From an uncultured Thermoplasmatales archaeon (lineage in GTDB: Archaea > Thermoplasmatota > E2 > DHVEG-1), in contig CAYZTD010000002.1 in the NCBI GenBank assembly GCA_964481275.1, positions 35,246-99,245 of the forward strand: a stretch of 64,000 nucleotides of DNA, given 5' to 3'. The number at the start of each line of letters is the position of its first letter. Position 1 is the stretch's first letter. Below are positions 61,879-64,000 of this stretch, one piece after another. The notes under the pieces are model-generated. The model was not told the DNA's origin, made no database searches, and saw nothing but the letters and a program-made list of their open reading frames with translations. Made by a program: the position numbers and the translations under genes.

Positions 61879-62043
61879 ATGAAAGAAGATTTAGAAAATA
61901 AAAGAACTAAATGTGAAGTATATTCAAGAGTCGTTGGATATCTTAGACCTGTTAATCAATGGAATAAAGGTAAACAACAAGAGTTTTCAGATAGAAAAAT
62001 GTTTAAAACCAAAGAAGAAAAAGTAAAGGTTCAAATTCAATGA
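61879..62043 (+). CDS. NrdD glycyl-radical domain encoded as a separate 54-aa ORF (in frame with nrdD after a single TAA)
   Basis: MKEDLENKRTKCEVYSRVVGYLRPVNQWNKGKQQEFSDRKMF carries the class-III RNR glycyl-radical signature (SRVxGY...WNxGKxxEFxxR). A GGAGGG Shine-Dalgarno sits 6 nt upstream of its ATG. Its stop overlaps the nrdG start (ATGA). Confidence 0.6.
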   Translation: MKEDLENKRTKCEVYSRVVGYLRPVNQWNKGKQQEFSDRKMFKTKEEKVKVQIQ

Positions 62044-62732
62044 AAATAGGTGGATTTCAAAAAACAACTCTATTAGATTACCCGGGAAAGGTTAGTGCAA
62101 TAATCTGGACAGTGGGGTGTAACTTTCGCTGTCCTTTTTGTTATAATATTGATCTTGTAAAAGAAAAATCTGAGTTATTTTCAGAAGATGAAATTTTAAA
62201 TTTTTTAGATAAAAGAAAGAATTTCCTTGATGCTCTTGTAATCTCCGGAGGGGAACCATTTTTACAAAAAGATCTAAAGAATTTTTGTAAGAAAGTAAAA
62301 AAGATGAATTATAAAATAAAAATCGATACAAATGGTACTTTTCCAGAAAAACTCAGAGAACTTATAGACGAAAAACTATTAGATTATATTTCAATGGATA
62401 TTAAAGCTCCAAAAGAAAAATATGAAAAACTTTCAGGTGTGAAAACAGATCTTGATAAAATCAATAAATCAATAGAAATCCTAAAAAACTCAGATCTTGA
62501 TTATGAGTTTAAAACAACTATTGTTCCAACTTATCTTGATAAAAAGGATATAACCGATCTTTCAAAATGGATAAATGGATCCAAAAAATATTTCTTACAA
62601 CAGTTTAAAAATGATACGCCGGTTATATCATCAGATCTAAAAAAGATAAGACCTTACTCAGAAAAAGAACTACAAAATATTTTAAAAGAGATTAAACCAT
62701 ATTTCAAAGAATGTAAGTTGAGAGGAACATGA
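62040..62732 (+). CDS. nrdG: anaerobic ribonucleotide reductase activating radical SAM protein
   Basis: CxxxCxxC in the GCNFRCPFCYN context typical of NrdG/PflA-type activases. 230 aa. Confidence 0.85.
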   Translation: MKIGGFQKTTLLDYPGKVSAIIWTVGCNFRCPFCYNIDLVKEKSELFSEDEILNFLDKRKNFLDALVISGGEPFLQKDLKNFCKKVKKMNYKIKIDTNGTFPEKLRELIDEKLLDYISMDIKAPKEKYEKLSGVKTDLDKINKSIEILKNSDLDYEFKTTIVPTYLDKKDITDLSKWINGSKKYFLQQFKNDTPVISSDLKKIRPYSEKELQNILKEIKPYFKECKLRGT

Positions 62733-63166
62733 CTTTAGTAAGCCAAGAAATTCAGGATGATATGGCTCTTGCTTCTAAGATTTTAAAAGAAAAAAATTTT
62801 TCTATCGTTGTTATTAAACATGGAAAAATATTAAATAAAAAAAAGGGAGAAGGAATTAAACCAATTCTTGAATTAATCAATGAACGGGGAGAAAAAATTA
62901 AAAATACAGTAATTGGAGATAGAATTCTTGGTAGAGCATCAGCTTTTTTATGTAGATATGCTAAAGTTTCAGGTGTTTATTCTCCTCAAGCGACAAAAAC
63001 TGCAATTGCAATATTGTTATTAGGCGGTATCCCATGTCAGGTTGATGAGTTAGTACCCTACATAAAAAACCGTAATGGTGACGGACTTTGTCCTTTTGAA
63101 GATTTATTAAAAGATGTTGAAAAACCAGATGGAGCATATAAACTTTTAAAAGAGAAGATTTTATAG
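62729..63166 (+). CDS. DUF1893 (TM1506-like) protein
   Basis: 145 aa. Pattern IGDRILGRASAFL...GDGLCPFE resembles the TM1506/DUF1893 family. 4-nt ATGA overlap with nrdG. Confidence 0.5.
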   Translation: MTLVSQEIQDDMALASKILKEKNFSIVVIKHGKILNKKKGEGIKPILELINERGEKIKNTVIGDRILGRASAFLCRYAKVSGVYSPQATKTAIAILLLGGIPCQVDELVPYIKNRNGDGLCPFEDLLKDVEKPDGAYKLLKEKIL

Positions 63167-63189
63167 CGATTTTTGAGTGAAAAAAACAT

Positions 63190-64000
63190 ATGGACTACGA
63201 ACTAGCTATTATTGGTGCAGGACCTGCGGGATATTCTGCTGCAATTTATGCATTAAGATCAGGTATTAAAACAGTTATTTTTGATAAGGGAATGGGTGGA
63301 GGACTTGCTGCAATTGCACCTAATATTGAAAACTATGCTGGATTTAAAGAAATTCCAGGGATAGACTTGATGGAAAAAATGAAAGAACATGTGGAAAACT
63401 ATACAAAAATTAATTTTAATGAGGAAGTAGAAGATATTTCAAAGGAAACTGATAAATTTTTAATTAAAACAAATAAAGAAAAATACAAAGTCAAAGCAAT
63501 CTTAATTGCTACTGGTACAGAGCATCGTAAATTGAATGCACCTGGTGAAGAAGAACTTTCCGGAAAAGGTGTTTCATATTGTGCGACATGTGATGGATTT
63601 TTTTTCAAAGGTAAGAAAGTTGCAATAGTTGGCGGAGGAAACTCTGCTCTTATTGAAGCAATTTATTTAAAGCAGATAGGCTGCTCTGAAGTGTATGTTA
63701 TTCATCGTAGAGATCAATTTAGGGCAGAAGAAAGCTATGTAGAAGAAGCTAAAGAAAAAGGTGTAAATTTTGTTTTAAATAGTATTGTTGAAAAGATAAA
63801 CGGAAAAGATAAGGTTGAATCTTTAGATTTAAAAGACAAAGGTACGGGTGAATTAACTAAACTAGAGATTAATGGAGTTTTTATTTCAATTGGGGAGATT
63901 CCTCAAAATGATTTGGCAAAAAAACTTGGTGTCGAACTTAATGAAAATGGTTTTATCAAGATAGATAGACAGGGTAGAACAAATGTTAAAGGTGTTTATG
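63190..64000 (+). CDS. trxB: thioredoxin-disulfide reductase, 3' end cut by window edge
   Basis: FAD motif LAIIGAGPAGYSAAIYA. Redox-active CATCD (SYCATCDGFFFKGKKVAIVGGGNSAL). The ORF runs off the window end and is not in the supplied ORF track. Confidence 0.85.
   Translation, partial: MDYELAIIGAGPAGYSAAIYALRSGIKTVIFDKGMGGGLAAIAPNIENYAGFKEIPGIDLMEKMKEHVENYTKINFNEEVEDISKETDKFLIKTNKEKYKVKAILIATGTEHRKLNAPGEEELSGKGVSYCATCDGFFFKGKKVAIVGGGNSALIEAIYLKQIGCSEVYVIHRRDQFRAEESYVEEAKEKGVNFVLNSIVEKINGKDKVESLDLKDKGTGELTKLEINGVFISIGEIPQNDLAKKLGVELNENGFIKIDRQGRTNVKGVY

Overview
This 64-kb window is a low-GC (about 30%) archaeal chromosomal segment. The archaeal assignment rests on Alba, two tandem TATA-binding proteins, aRF1, tRNA-splicing endonuclease EndA, archease, an NMD3 homologue, GatD, deoxyhypusine synthase and TATA/BRE-type promoters. 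Gene content and the many secreted PKD/beta-helix proteins suggest a DPANN-like or similarly small-genome anaerobic archaeon, but taxonomy cannot be settled from this window. Most of it is housekeeping: pyrG, eno, serA-like dehydrogenases, iorAB, GTP-PEPCK, trxB, a stomatin-NfeD pair, and a NikR-controlled metal ABC importer with an FmdE-like protein. I found no rRNA, tRNA, CRISPR array or transposase/integrase.

The observations that seem most worth following up are:
- A compact nrdR-nrdD-nrdG operon. The glycyl-radical segment of NrdD sits in a separate 54-codon ORF that is in frame with nrdD and separated from it by a single TAA, with its own strong Shine-Dalgarno sequence. A perfect 16-bp NrdR-box palindrome lies in the promoter, and a DUF1893 gene is co-operonic.
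- A ThiI apparently split into two unlinked genes: a THUMP plus degenerate PP-loop gene and a PP-loop-only gene.
- An OPT transporter translationally coupled to a PqqD-like (RRE) peptide-binding protein and followed by a bPH_2 membrane protein.
- A PEPCK whose conserved N-terminus lacks any ATG/GTG/TTG start but follows a GGAGG.
- A GC-rich (53%) structured intergenic element.
- Near-identical promoter and 5'UTR modules reused upstream of unrelated secreted-protein genes.

I saw no clear defence island or mobile element. The novelty is in gene architecture and regulation rather than in a discrete new multi-gene system.
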